A stretch of DNA of 64,000 nt from Eledone cirrhosa (lineage: Eukaryota). Location of the stretch: assembly GCA_964016885.1 (NCBI GenBank), contig OZ024745.1:130758001-130822000 (forward strand), read 5' to 3'. This document shows positions 14,986 to 29,040 of the stretch, piece after piece. A program made the translations under genes and the position numbers. The notes beneath the pieces were generated by a model, which worked only from the letters and a program-made list of their open reading frames with translations, ran no database searches and was not told the DNA's origin. Position 1 is the stretch's first letter. Every line of letters starts with the position of its first letter.

Positions 14986-15243
14986 TTATATATATATTTA
15001 TATATATATATACATACATATATATATATATATTTATATATATATGCAGTTCTGTTTACATGCGAACACAAGAGCAAGAATGAAGGGTTCATTCTACTGA
15101 CATGGCTATAAAATTGAGGCTTGTTTGCATAAATGCAAAGGAATCGAATGTTATTATTAATATTCGAAAAACTCAGATTACATTTATAGTATTCAGCCAT
15201 GTAGAGCGAAAATTTTTATCTTTTTTTTTATTATATATATATA

Positions 15244-15300
15244 TATTCTCTTTTACTCTTTTACCTGTTCCAGCCATCCGGCTGAGGCCATGCTGGGGCA
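15244..15300 (-). mobile_element. 3' tail of a second SINE family
   Basis: ctcttttactcttttacctgttccagccatccggctgaggccatgctg; reverse-complement copy at 32344-32393. Confidence 0.6.
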
Positions 15301-15309
15301 TATATATAT

Positions 15310-15422
15310 AAGGACAAACACAGGTCTCTTGGAGATGCAGGACATGGCGACGATGATGAAGGACAGAGAGCGCTGGAGAGAAATCGTCCATGGATCTCGG
15401 GAATTTTACCCGCCCTGGATAG
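15310..15422 (+). mobile_element. RTE-like LINE 3' end fragment
   Basis: TNTGLLEMQDMATMMKDRERWREIVH matches the RTE ORF C-terminal M-x-DR-x2-W pattern. Confidence 0.65.
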
Positions 15423-15477
15423 ATGTGTGTGTGTGTGTGTGTGTGTGTGTGTCGGTAAGTGTGTTTGTGTTAAAGAC

Positions 15478-15710
15478 AGAGAGTCCTCTGTTCAATCGGA
15501 GGTAACCGCAGTAAGTAAGGTACTCAATACATTAGTAGAGTGTAAACAACAAATTTTATGTAGAAATGACTTCTACAGGTCTACAACTGTTTCATTCAAA
15601 TGAAATCATCAGGGTTTTTTTACGAATGAAACATTTCTAGTCTTGTAGAAGTAATTTCAATACAATGCATATACATATGCTCTACAAGCGTATTGAGTAC
15701 TTTTTTGACA
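15478..15710. mobile_element. Family E fold-back copy with an intact hammerhead core on the minus strand (15570-15613)
   Basis: CTGATGA-tttc[attt]gaat-GAAA-cag[ttgtagac]ctg-TA-gaag; the 5' strand of stem I is disrupted. Confidence 0.7.
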
Positions 15711-16152
15711 GTAGTCACTTCCTGATTTGTAACGGAATCCTGTACACACGCGTGAATATATGAGAGGTGTATATAAATATAGACATAATTTATATATATT
15801 TTAGCAAATAGATTTAGTCGGATTTCCAGTTTCCAGTAACTAGTAGTTTCATAGTCTATGCTTTCACATGAAAGGAGCACATTCTTCATTATCTGAAGCT
15901 GGATGTGATATGACCATTAGTGATATATTAGATCCGTATATATCTGAAATAGTGATACTTCCAGTTGTTAGATGATAACGTCTATTGTAAGGGAGATAGG
16001 TTTTTTCAGTCAGAGAGAGGGGCAATATCCCGTTTCAAAGAGGGGGTACTATATATCAGTCGGGGTGAATTTAATTATTGGGTACGTGGTGTGGTATAGA
16101 AACTGGGAAAATTATATATAAAGTACTTACATAAAAATAAAGTGATCATATA

Positions 16153-16217
<65 letters not shown>

Positions 16218-16230
16218 GTTTATATATATA

Positions 16231-16327
<97 letters not shown>

Positions 16328-16403
16328 GTCTATGTCCTCACTTGCATCTGATGCAAAACTTCAGGAAATACAGTAAAACATGCTTACAAATAGCAGCCCT
16401 TTA

Positions 16404-16600
16404 ATAATAATAATTGTTTCTACTTTTGGCACAAGGCCAGCAATTATCCCAGTGTATTACTGGTACTTTATTTTATCGACTCCGTAAGACTGAAAGGGGA
16501 AGGTAACGTCGGAGGGATTTGAACTGAGATTTGAAAAGGGACGTAACTCTTTGTTGCAAAGCATGGCGTCAGACCCTCTACCGATACTGCAAATCCACCA
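16404..16600 (-). mobile_element. tRNA-derived SINE
   Basis: Same family as 11429-11622. Confidence 0.85.
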
Positions 16601-16616
16601 CAATAATAATAATAAA

Positions 16617-16736
<120 letters not shown>

Positions 16737-16739
16737 AAT

Positions 16740-16796
<57 letters not shown>

Positions 16797-16908
16797 CACA
16801 CATAATTATATATACATATACACATACATATATATGCACATACATATACATATATATATATATATATGTATGTGCATATATATATGTATGTGTATATGTA
16901 TATATATG

Positions 16909-16974
<66 letters not shown>

Positions 16975-16980
16975 GGCTAT

Positions 16981-17072
<92 letters not shown>

Positions 17073-17085
17073 CATATATATATAC

Positions 17086-17145
<60 letters not shown>

Positions 17146-17271
17146 ATATATATATATACATACATATATATATATACATATATATATACATACATATATA
17201 TATACATACATATATATATACATATATATATACATATATATATACATATATATATACACATATATACATAC

Positions 17272-17314
<43 letters not shown>

Positions 17315-17897
17315 CTAACAACAGTTTCTTGGACAATCTGGTTTCGTCTGGTTTAGGTCAAAACAGCCGTTAATATCCTTAGATGAACGGAAAATCCAAT
17401 TAAAGTCGTGTCATGAATTTATTGCTAATGCCTTTGTTATTTTTTTTTTGCAGCCATTATAGTTGTTATCGTTGATATTGTGAATGTTTGTCGTTTCTAC
17501 GATTTACTTTTATTTATTGTATTATTTGTTACTTATTTTCATTTTTTTTTGTGGGCCTGTAGGGGGCTGTATTACATTTTTTTTTCACATTATACCCTAA
17601 TTTTTTACTCCTTTTTTTTTTATAATTTTTATTATTTTTTTATTTATCATTTCATTTTTACATTATAATGATGTTTTTGCTGTTATTTTATTTTGTTTTG
17701 TTTTGAATTATTCTTAGATTCTATTTCAGGAGGAAGAGTTAATTACTTTTCCCGTCTATTATAAGAAATATATGGTTGCCTTTTTCCCCCTCGGAATAAT
17801 AACAATATTGTTTTTCTCAGTCTTTATCATTGTGATAAAGAAACATCTGCCTTTAGCTTAGCGGTCATCCTGACATAAGTGGTCAATGGTTTAACTA

Positions 17898-18090
17898 AAT
17901 AATTGTTTCTACTATTGGCACAAGGCCAGCAATTACCCAGTACATTACTGGTACTTTATTTTATCGACCCCGTAAGGATGAAAGGCAAAGTTAACCTCGG
18001 CGGGATTTGAACTCAGAATGGCAAGGGCCGTAACTCTATGCGTCAAAGCATGGCGTTCGACCCTCTACTGATACTGCCAATTCACCGCCG
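17898..18090 (-). mobile_element. tRNA-derived SINE
   Basis: Same family, near full length. Confidence 0.9.
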
Positions 18091-18182
18091 TTAGATGGTT
18101 TAACTAAATAATATTCTTTAACAATATAAAACTAAAACATTGGCGCTGTCAACATCTTTTATAAAACTGTTATTAAGGTGTT

Positions 18183-19772
18183 GTTATGCTAATATATACC
18201 AATAAATATGTTATGCTAATATATACCAATAAATATGTTATGCTAATATATACCAATAAATATGTTATGCTAATATATACCAATAAATATGTTATGATAA
18301 TATATACCAATAAATATGTTATGCTAATATATACCAATAAATATGCTATGCTAATATATACCAATAAATATGTTATGATAATATATACCAATAAATATGT
18401 TATGCTAATATATACCAATAAATATGTTATGATAATATATACCAATAAATATGTTATGATAATATATACCAATAAATATGTTATGCTAATATATACCAAT
18501 AAATATGTTATGCTAATATATACCAATAAATATGGTATGATAATATATACCAATAAATATGTTATGATAATATATACCAATAAATATGTTATGATAATAT
18601 ATACCAATAAATATGTTATGCTAATATAAACCACTAAATATGTTATGATAATATATACCAATAAATATGTTATGATAATATATACCAATAAATATGTTAT
18701 GCTAATATATACCAATAAATATGTTATGCTAATATATACCAATAAATATGTTATGCTAATATATACCAATAAATATGGTATGATAATATATACCAATAAA
18801 TATGTTATGATAATATATACCAATAAATATGTTATGATAATATATACCAATAAATATGTTATGCTAATATATACCAATAAATATGTTATGCTAATATATA
18901 CCAATAAATATGGTATGATAATATATACCAATAAATATGTTATGATAATATATACCAATAAATATGTTATGATAATATTTACCAATAAATATGTTATGCT
19001 AATATATACCAATAAATATGTTATGATAATATATACCAATAAATATGTTATGATAATATATACCAATAAATATGTTATGTTAATATATACCAATAAATAT
19101 GTTATGCTAATATATACCAATAAATATGTTATGCTAATATATACCAATAAATATGGTATGATAATATATACCAATAAATATGTTATGATAATATATACCA
19201 ATAAATATGTTATGATAATATATACCAATAAATATGTTATGTTAATATATACCAATAAATATGTTATGCTATTATATACCAATAAATATGTTATGCTAAT
19301 ATATACCAATAAATATGGTATGATAATATATACCAATAAATATGTTATGATAATATATACCAATAAATATGTTATGCTAATATATACCAATAAATATGTT
19401 ATGCTAATATATACCAATAAATATGTTATGATAATATATACCAATAAATATGTTATGCTAATATATACCAATAAATATGGTATGATAATATATACCAATA
19501 AATATGTTATGATAATATATACCAATAAATATGTTATGCTAATATATACCAATAAATATGTTATGCTAATATATACCAATAAATATGTTATGATAATATA
19601 TACCAATAAATATGTTATGCTAATATATACCAATAAATATGGTATGATAATATATACCAATAAATATGTTATGATAATATATACCAATAAATATGTTATG
19701 CTAATATATACCAATAAATATGTTATGATAATATATACCAATATGTTATGATAATATATACCAATAAATATT
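18183..19772. repeat. 27-bp minisatellite, ~59 copies
   Basis: Unit gttatg(c/a)taatatataccaataaatat. Confidence 0.97.
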
Positions 19773-19907
19773 GTATGTATGTGTGTGTGTGTTTTTATTT
19801 GTATACACAGAAGTGTGTGTGTGGAGACAGAAAGAGAGAGAGGGAGGGAGGGAGCGAGAGAGAAGGGGAGGGAGAGAGAAGGGGAGGGAGGGAGAGAGAG
19901 GGAGAGA

Positions 19908-20070
19908 TAGTTCCACAGTCTGGCAGTTCGTGGAAAAATAGTACGGCCATAGAAAGACTTCCTTATACGTGGAACCAGAATATCATCCAGATGAATGCCT
20001 CCTACGAAGTTATATCTTAGAGGTTTCCTGAATGTTTTATCTGACATGTCAACGATTCAATCTTTAACAA
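19908..20070 (-). mobile_element. CR1/L2/Jockey-group LINE ORF2 3' end fragment
   Basis: ILVPRIRKSFYGRTIFPRTARLWNYL resembles the SFFPRTxxLWNxLP terminal motif. Confidence 0.65.
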
Positions 20071-20090
20071 GATAGTACCAACACCTTTAT

Positions 20091-20263
20091 GCCGTCGGTA
20101 GAGGGTCGGACGCCATGCTTTCCAGCATAGTTACGTCCCTTTACGATCTGAGTTCAAATCCCGTCGAGGTTAACTTTGCATTTCATCCTTACGGGGTCGA
20201 TGAAATAAAGTACCAGTAATGCACTGGGATAATTGTTGGCCTTGTGCCAGAAGTAGAAACATT
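20091..20263 (+). mobile_element. tRNA-derived SINE
   Basis: Same family. Confidence 0.9.
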
Positions 20264-20745
20264 TATATCTATATATAAATTTCTGCGATTCTGTCACAAC
20301 ACATAAAGAGAGAGGCGTAGTTTGACTACCCCATACTACTCCTCTCTCTTTACGTCTGCTGCCTGCGTGAATGTATGTGTGTGCAAAATGAAGGCAGGGG
20401 GTGGTGAAACAACTATAGCAAAATAGAGGCTGGCGTTCCATTTGTTATGTTGTGTATGTATGTGTTTGTGTGAATGTATGTCTGAGTGTGTATTTTTGTG
20501 TGTCTATGGATGCAAGTTTATATGTATATACTCAAACATATGAATATATGCACACACGCACACACACATATAAACATACGCACACACACACATGCACACA
20601 CGCACACACACATATGAACATACGCGTGAGCGAGTTGAAAAATCTAGCTTTATAAAATTGTTATGAACGTGTTATTATGCGAACAATAATATATACCAAT
20701 AAACATTTTATGTATGCATATGTATGTTAGTATCTGTTTAGATAG

Positions 20746-20862
<117 letters not shown>

Positions 20863-21043
20863 TGCGAGTGTGTCTGTCTGATATGTATAGTGTTTAAATG
20901 CAACATTTTCATTTAAAGGCACTAAAATATACTAAACACCAATTCAATTACGTCCAGAATACTTTAGTACTTAGAGGTAATCACACTTTAAGCTTCATTT
21001 CATTATTGCATAAGGAAAAATGTAAAGCAATACAATCAGTGGC

Positions 21044-21080
<37 letters not shown>

Positions 21081-21169
21081 TGAGGTAATGGGGAGGGGGT
21101 CATAGAAGCATATCCTAGCGAACATCTCTCAACATCAACTATGAATGCATATTTTATGTTTTCTATCAA

Positions 21170-21331
21170 TGGCCATTTATATTCTGAGTTCAAATCTCAC
21201 AGAGGATATCTTTGCCTTTCATTCTTACGGGTCAATAAAGCAAAGTACCAGTAACGCACTGGTGTCGATTTACTCGACATTCCCCTGTTAATAAAATATG
21301 TTGCTGTGTGCCAAATGTAGAGACAATTATT
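21170..21331 (+). mobile_element. Diverged tRNA-derived SINE
   Basis: ctgagttcaaatctc...tttgcctttcattcttacggg...aagtaccagt. Confidence 0.7.
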
Positions 21332-21957
21332 ACTCTTTTCAAAAAGAGTGTAGATTAGCGATGTACGCGTAGGTAAATTCTATGTTGGTGGTAAAATTGC
21401 AATTCATCGCTTAAGCAAAGTGAACACCTCTTTGTTCATTTAATGTAAGGACGTGATGAGCCCAGGATGTTCCTTTTAAACGTGTAAGGTATAGCTTTGT
21501 TTCACTTCCCATACACGATTTGTCAGTGCCGTGGGTGTCTTTAATTCCTGATGTTTAAAAGATGTGATATGTGAATAGTACCATTTTCCTGTATTCTAGT
21601 CAACGGAAACTCTCTATACTACATACTGTTGAGATTTTATATATATTTTCAGTTTCGCTTATCCTTGCATTATTATTGGATTCGTAGACATAAACAAATA
21701 CATTTAAGTCCTCCGATGTGGAATTAGATGAGCCGGACGAGTTTGTTTATATGTACGAACCTACTGGTAAATCAATAATGTACATACATATATATATACA
21801 CGCACATATTTTTGATAAACCATATATTTCCATGTGCTGCTGCTGCTGCTAGATCACAAGAACAATAGTCATTTTCGACATAGAACCCTAATCTCAGTAA
21901 TACATACAACCATATGTGATAACCCACCTCAAAAATAATCACACACACATATATATA

Positions 21958-22047
<90 letters not shown>

Positions 22048-22052
<5 letters not shown>

Positions 22053-22538
22053 AAGAACACAAGAGCGTCTACAACATCAAAAGATTTTTATTGGCTTACA
22101 ATGTTTCTTCCTTACGTAACCGTAGGATTCGTCAGAGCTATAAAAGGGGTTTGATTGGTGTTATGGACTCTACCAACCAAACATTCAAGAACAAAGAGTA
22201 AAGAGAGTAAAGAGCAAAAGTAGGGGACGATAAGTCTAATTTTGGTGCGGGAGGGTGGGGTGTGGGTCCTTGTTTATGAATATGACCTTGAATATGACCG
22301 CAGCTAGTAAACAAGGACCCACACCCCACCCTCCCGCACCAAAATTAGACTTATCGTCCCCTACTTTTGCTCTTTACTCTCTTTACTCTTTGTTCTTGAA
22401 TGTTTGGTTGGTAGAGTCCATAACACCAATCAAACCCTTTTATAGCTCTGACGAATCCTACGGTTACGTAAGGAAGAAACATTGTAAGCCAATAAAAATA
22501 TTTTGATGTTGTAGACGCTCTTGTGTTCTTTTTCATAT
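22048..22538. mobile_element. Fold-back PLE-type element (family G), ~232-bp near-perfect arms
   Basis: 22048-22280 is the reverse complement of 22306-22538; begins at a (TA)n tract. Confidence 0.85.
22445..22489 (+). ncRNA. Type I hammerhead ribozyme (family G); inverted copy at ~22094-22139
   Basis: gct-CTGACGA-a tcct ac[ggttac]gt a agga a-GAAA-cattg-TA-agc. Confidence 0.7.
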
Positions 22539-22631
22539 ATACGGCTCTGCTCCAAAGCATAGAGCTAATTATTATGCTGCCAATACCTTAATGGGACACG
22601 GGTATACAATACCTAACTCCTATTAACCTAA

Positions 22632-22729
<98 letters not shown>

Positions 22730-22842
22730 TCATATATATACATAGATATATATATAGATATATATATATATATACATACATAAATATATATATAGGTATA
22801 TATATATGCATATATATATATACATAAATATATATATATATG

Positions 22843-22874
<32 letters not shown>

Positions 22875-22908
22875 CATATATATATTTATGTATGTATACA
22901 TATATATA

Positions 22909-22974
<66 letters not shown>

Positions 22975-23594
22975 AATATGTGTGTATTTAGAGAGAGAGG
23001 GAGAGAGAGAGGAGAGAGGCGGGGAGAGAGAGAAAGAAAGAAAGACAGAAAGAAAGAAAGAAGGAAAGAATGAAAGAAAAAAAGAAAGAGAAGAAATAAC
23101 TACATTGACTTTCCAACGATCTAATGTGTTTATTAATGAACACCAGCAGTTTGTAGAAATATCCACTGCACACGTTGAAGGTCTAGGGGTATTTTATCTT
23201 GCAACAACGGATGATTGTTTTTCTTCACATTATAGAATAGCAACACAAAATCTATTGAGGTGTTTGTAAACCTAGTTAACGTATATCAATTCATTTCAAC
23301 TGAAACTGGAAGAGTGTATAAAACACCAATTATAAGACACAAGCAAACATTTCTTGTATAGGTATGTATGAATGTATGTATGTATGTATATATGTATATA
23401 TGTTTGTATGTATGTATTTATGTCTGTATGTATGTATGCATGTATGTATGTATATATGTATATATGTTTGTATGTATGTATTTGTGTATGTGCATACGTA
23501 CGTATGTATGTACGTACGTATGTATGCATATACATATATATGTATGCAAATATATTCTACGTATTATGTTTACAAACGAGTACTTGTATATACC

Positions 23595-23626
<32 letters not shown>

Positions 23627-23828
23627 CATGTGTGTGTGTATATACATACATACATATATATCATACATACATATATATCAAGAATTCACTGATACATCAG
23701 CTAGAAGCGACCAAGCATTATTAAAATTGTACCCCGAGTCATACAAGAACGGTCATATTAGAGATTATTCATCATTGGAGATGGTGCACCAGAATGTATA
23801 TAGTTTCTAGTGCATAGATACACACACA

Positions 23829-23949
<121 letters not shown>

Positions 23950-24138
23950 ATCGCTGGGACAACATGAACTCATGAATGTAGTTGTGTATGTGGATGTATG
24001 AAGGTAGGTCTGATTTCATGTTTATGAAATGAAATTTAAACTCATTCAGGTGGATATCGTTAGATTAAACTCGTCAGTAATTTTCTCCGTAAAATATGTG
24101 GCATAAATATTGAATAGTTCACATCAAAGACTTCATAT

Positions 24139-24169
<31 letters not shown>

Positions 24170-24184
24170 GGGGTCCTACTCGTT

Positions 24185-24236
<52 letters not shown>

Positions 24237-24239
<3 letters not shown>

Positions 24240-24400
24240 ATAATAATAAATTTGAAGACTAAAATCCAAAGAGGGCTCGATAAGGATAAATATATATCAA
24301 ATATATGCGAACCGTAGAGCAAATATTTATTAAAATAACAGATTAAAGTTTAAGCAAAGAATCGCTGCTTTCTCCCTTAACGGGATCTTCTGAAACTAAC
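24237..24400 (-). mobile_element. Family B terminus with hammerhead (24347-24397, minus)
   Basis: agttt-CAGAAGA-tccc[gttaa]ggga-GAAA-gca..tgc-TT-aaact with a fully paired stem II. Confidence 0.75.
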
Positions 24401-24676
24401 CCTCACTTTCTAATATATATATATATTAGAAAGTGATGGTTTTTACAAAAGGAAAAATAACCGAGGTGTCCTACTCGAGTGATAGTATAAAGAAAAAAGA
24501 TGAAATTGAAAATGCAACTGGAGTCTTTTTTTTTTTAAATATATATTGATTTGGTTCCTTTACCTGTTTCGTAGTTCTTCTGCTTTTCAAAAGTAGAGTT
24601 GAGATGGAGGGTCTGTGGTTTTTTCACATCAGATGTGAGAAAAACCACAGACCCTCCATCTCAACTCTACTTTTTG
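24400..24676. mobile_element. Family C terminus with fold-back
   Basis: Matches 4781-4995; inversion centre near 24630. Confidence 0.75.
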
Positions 24677-24772
24677 AATAGAAATTCAGCGAACCACTAC
24701 TGGGATTAGAAATATAACATGAATTGCGAAAACCAAATACTGCAAAACCTTTCATTCGTCATGTGTCACTCC
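24674..24772 (+). repeat. ~98-bp direct duplication of 25904-26002
   Basis: ttgaatagaaattcagcgaacc...gtgtcactcc present twice, 1.23 kb apart. Confidence 0.85.
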
Positions 24773-25027
24773 CATCTGACAACCATCTGCCCTCCAGCAT
24801 GAAAAAACGTTTGGGTGGGAACCAGCTTCGCAGTGATGATGACGTTATATATGCTGTTGATGACTTTTTTACCTACAGGATGAGAGCTTCTTCACCAATG
24901 GGATCCAAGTGGTGTAATAACCGATGGAAGAAATGTGGTGGGGGGGGGGACTATGTTTAAAAATAAACCTTATTTGGTCACATAAAAGTATCTTGGTCAG
25001 CCTAAAAACTTTTTAGCCGACCCTTGT
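24771..25027 (+). mobile_element. mariner transposase C-terminal remnant and right TIR
   Basis: PSDNHLPSSMKKRLGGNQLRSDDDVIYAVDDFF...RWKKC..GDYV matches the mariner APSDYHLF...RWxKC...GDYVEK pattern; frameshifted. Confidence 0.85.
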
Positions 25028-25045
25028 CTAAATATATATATATAT

Positions 25046-25336
25046 CTAGCTGTCGAAACGGCCGGAGCTCAGTCGTCGGGGTCCTGACTCTTTTCCTATA
25101 TATATACATATATATATACATATATATATATATATATGTGTGTGTGTGTACGTGTGTGTGTGTGCGCGTGTGTGTGTATATATATATATAATATATATAT
25201 ATATATATAACAAAGAGGGTAAGATACACCATAACGCACCAGAGTACTCAATACTTAGTGTAGTAGAGTGGGTAATATGAAAATAGTCAGGACTCCGACG
25301 GCAGAGCTCAGTCGCCGGGGTCCTGACTCTTTTCAT
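25046..25336. mobile_element. Two diverged family A fragments
   Basis: gtcgaaacggccggagctcagtcgtcggggtc and ccataacgcaccagagtactcaatacttag segments in (TA)n. Confidence 0.7.
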
Positions 25337-26860
25337 ATGTGTGTGTGTGCGTGTGTATGTATGTGTGTGTGTGTGTGTGTCTGTGTGTATTTGTAAGTCT
25401 GTGTGTGTGTGTGTTTGTATGTGTATGTGTGTGTGTGTGTGTGTGTATATATACAATTGTATTTTGTCGGTATTGGTATTGGATCTTGAAATGCAATTAG
25501 CGATGAGTTTATTTTTACTTTTTCATCAAACTGATGTTAGTTTCTCCTTCATTTATTTCTTGTTCTGTTTCCTTCTTTCTCTCTCTTTAACTTTGCTCTG
25601 CTGAAACTATTATACAGACACTATACAATTAATGAGAAAATGTCTCATTAATTCTTCGCATGTAAAATAAATATGAGTCTTAAACGCAACGTTAATGGCA
25701 TGCTGCATATATAGATTTGATTCTGTGTTGGCGTGCAGTTTCTCAGAAGCAGGGATGTTTAGAAATTGCTGAAGAACTAGCGAAAGGCTTCACATAAAGA
25801 CAATGTCCATGATCTTACTTGGCCAGCTAATTAAACTAAACATTGGCATATGAATTTAAACATTGTCATATTTCTGTAATCATTGGAATATAGTCACAAA
25901 CGATTGAATAGAAATTCAGCGAACCTCTACTGGGATTAGAAATATAACATGAATTGTGAAAACCAAATGCTGCAAACCCTTTCATTCGTCAGGTGTCACT
26001 CCTGAGATCCTGCAGTCCCAACAACTAGAGATATGCATTAAAAGATTAGCATACATACCTATTTACGCATACGTTTAAATGGAAACAAATTTACCTTTCT
26101 GTAAAAAAAACGTTCTGACTTCAAACAAGCTTTATATATTAACCTTAGACATAATTTTAGCAGTTACCTACTCAATATTTGTATAATAAAATAAAATATA
26201 TATTATAAATTAGTCTGATGGTAAAAGTATATACAAGACGAATTAAAAGATTAATATTTTGTGTAATGTCTATGAGTGTGAGGAAAATAAGTTCAGATAT
26301 CACAAAAAGCTAACTTAGTCACCTTAATTATTATATATACCTACTTAAGAATATTTTTTACCATTGTCATATTTCTACAACAGTAATTTCCCTTGGGAAC
26401 GGGTCTTCAGTAACGATGCAAAAGATCAAATAAAGCAGTGTTATAAAACAGTGGTGTAAACTAAGAGTGTTATTTTTGCGTTTTTCACGAGCTTTTTTCA
26501 CATCATATTGCAGCACGCCATAGAAAAGAGTTGGAAAATAATTTTGTTTCTAATATAGATGTATGGCTCCTTCTGCAAAACAATGACAGCAAATACAGGT
26601 TAATATGTTTACATTTCTTTTGGGAATTTCTTTTAAATTTGTACTGACGTGACCTTTTGTCCACGTGGAATCGTGTCGTGCTGTAGATGCAACATATAGA
26701 CAGAGCACGTGTATATGTATCAACGTCTTATTCTAAAAATGTATTTTATCGGCTTACTGGTGACCTATTCTGATTTAGAATCTCGTCTCTTCTTCAGGTA
26801 ATCCCAGGGGAAATGGAGAAGGCACTACTGTACAGTCAACGGTGGACTAATTGCAAATTG

Positions 26861-26884
<24 letters not shown>

Positions 26885-26892
<8 letters not shown>

Positions 26893-27370
26893 TGTTTCTA
26901 CTTTTGGCAAAAGGCCAGCAATTATCTCAGTACATTACTGGTGCTTTATTTTATCGACCCCGTAAGGATGAAAGGCAAAAGAGGACGTAACTCTATGCTG
27001 CAAAGCCTGGTGTCTGACTCTCAACCGATACTGCCAAATAATTGTTTCTTATATAGGAACAAGGCCAGCAATTTGGGGGGGAGGGGACGTCGATTAAATC
27101 GACCCCAGTGCGTGACTGGTATTATTTTATCGACCCCGTAAGGATGAAAGGTAAAGTAAACCTATGCGGGATATGAACTCAGAAAGTAAAGGGCCATAAC
27201 TCTATGCTTCAAAGCATGGCGTCTGACGCTCTTCCGATACTGCCAATCCACCACCAATTGAATAATAATAATGGTTTCTGAATTAGGCACAAGGCCAACA
27301 ATTATGAGAGGAGGGAAAAATCAATTAAATCGACACCAGTGTGTCACTGGTACTTTATTTTATTGACCCC
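26885..27370 (-). mobile_element. Cluster of ~3 tandem SINE copies
   Basis: Repeated attgtttc...aaggccagcaatt...ttttatcgaccccgtaaggatgaaagg blocks. Confidence 0.85.
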
Positions 27371-27550
27371 ATAGGTAGGATGGAGCGGAGGGTGGCATAG
27401 TGGAAAAGTAGGAGGAGGGGCTGTTATGTTGACTAAATCTTCGTCAGCTCGGCTTGACCCTTAGGTTATTCTCGCTATTGTAAGGCTTATTATGTCTTCG
27501 GATAGATTGACAGCCCCTTTTAATTCTGAGAAACAAGGACTAGGTATAAG

Positions 27551-27648
27551 ATTCATGTGGGGCTCGTTTTCAATACAGTGGGACAATGTGACAAGGTTTA
27601 AACTTCATGTGGGGTCCTTTTCAAAACAGTGGGACAATGTGACAAGGT
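27551..27648. repeat. ~52-bp tandem duplication
   Basis: ttcatgtgggg...cagtgggacaatgtgacaaggt twice. Confidence 0.85.
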
Positions 27649-27672
27649 ATAACATTTTTGATATAACATTCT

Positions 27673-27776
27673 GATCTTGCGGAGCAGCTCGACTGTACGG
27701 GGTCCTAGTACGGCTGAAGTTTCGAGGGTGACCAGTGCGAAGAGGAAGCGGCTCGGACAATCCCTGATAGATGGTA
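27673..27776 (-). mobile_element. Fragment of a restriction-like-endonuclease non-LTR retrotransposon (CRE-like)
   Basis: RFLFALVTLETSAVLGPRTVELLRKI resembles the F-x-P-x-A-x-ET-x-G-x2-G motif that follows the PD..D..K endonuclease core. Confidence 0.5.
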
Positions 27777-27885
27777 AGAATATTTTCAAATTTTCCTTTA
27801 AACATAAGAATTCTCTTGTATATAGAACAGGTCGTGTAGTTACATAGAACAGGTCGTGTAGCTACATAAGCGACCATTATATTTG

Positions 27886-28556
27886 TGGCAGTATCGGTAG
27901 AGTGTCAGACACCATGTTTCCAGCAAAGAGTTATGTCCCTTTCCGGTCTAAGTTCAAATCCTGCCAAGGTTAACTTTGTCTTTCATCCTTATGGGGTCGA
28001 TAAAATAAAGTACCAGTAATACACTGGAATAATTGCTGGCCTTGTGCCAAAAGTAGAAACAATTATTATTATGTGGATTGGTAGTATCAGTAGAGCGTTG
28101 GATACTATATTTTGCGGCATAGAGTTATGGCTCTTTACATTCTGAGTTCAAATCCTGTGAAGGTTAGATTTAGAGGTTGGAATGTCATGCTTTGCAGTAT
28201 AGAGTTGCGGCCCTTTACGGTCTGAGTTCAAATCCCGGTGAGGTTAACTTTGCTTTTCATCCTTACGGGGTCGATAAAATAAAGTACCAGTAATACACTG
28301 GAATAATTGCTGGCCTTGTGCCAAAAGTGGAAACAATTATTTTATTTGTGGTATCATTATTGATCACGTGGATTGGCAGTATCAGTAAAGGGTCGGACGC
28401 CATACTTTGCAGCATAGAGTTACGTCCTTTTACGGTCTGATTTCAAATCCTGCCAAGGTTAACTTTGCTTTTCATCCTTACGGGATCGATAAAATAAAGT
28501 ACCAGTAATGCACTGGGATAATTGCTGGCCTTGTGCCAAATATAGAAACAATTATT
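27886..28556 (+). mobile_element. Cluster of ~4 tandem SINE copies (3 near complete)
   Basis: Repeated tggcagtatc...gagttcaaatcc...aagtaccagtaat...gaaacaattatt. Confidence 0.9.
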
Positions 28557-29040
28557 GATCACTGCTGTTGTCGATATTGCTGTTGTTCTAGTTTCTATAA
28601 TTTGTTAATATAATGTACTAAATGTTATTGTTTTCAATAAGTTTGGAAATAAATTCCGTTTACTTCTTCTATATCAAGTTATTTATCTATTTACATACAA
28701 TTTATATATTTATTTATTCATTTATTCATTTATATACTAATCTATATATTTTATACATTTATATATTCTCTCTATTCTATATTTCAATTTTGGATTTTTT
28801 GTTATAATTTACAGCTGGAAATTTTTCGTTATATTAATTTTGGATGATTTTATTTTTATTTTATTGTATTTTTATTTTATTTTTTTCTATTTATTTTTTA
28901 TTTATTTTCTTTTCTTTTCTTTTATTTTATTTTATTTTTATTTTTTCCTCCTTTCTTCAAAAATACAAAATAACATTCTTTTATAGCTGCATATTATTGC
29001 AGGAAGGAAGAAGACGCATTTGATGGCTATCTGTTCGTAG

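Noticed and set aside
18173-20047. 624-aa ORF and the overlapping 147-aa and 368-aa ORFs
   Set aside because: They are translations of the 27-bp minisatellite joined to a LINE fragment.
25975-25996. CTGACGA-at-GAAA on the minus strand
   Set aside because: No room for stem II and no stem I or III pairing.
26384-26459. Possible exon NFPWERVFSNDAKDQIKQCYKTVV* and a minus-strand CTGAAGA..GAAA
   Set aside because: No recognisable homology or partner exons; hammerhead stems I and III do not pair.
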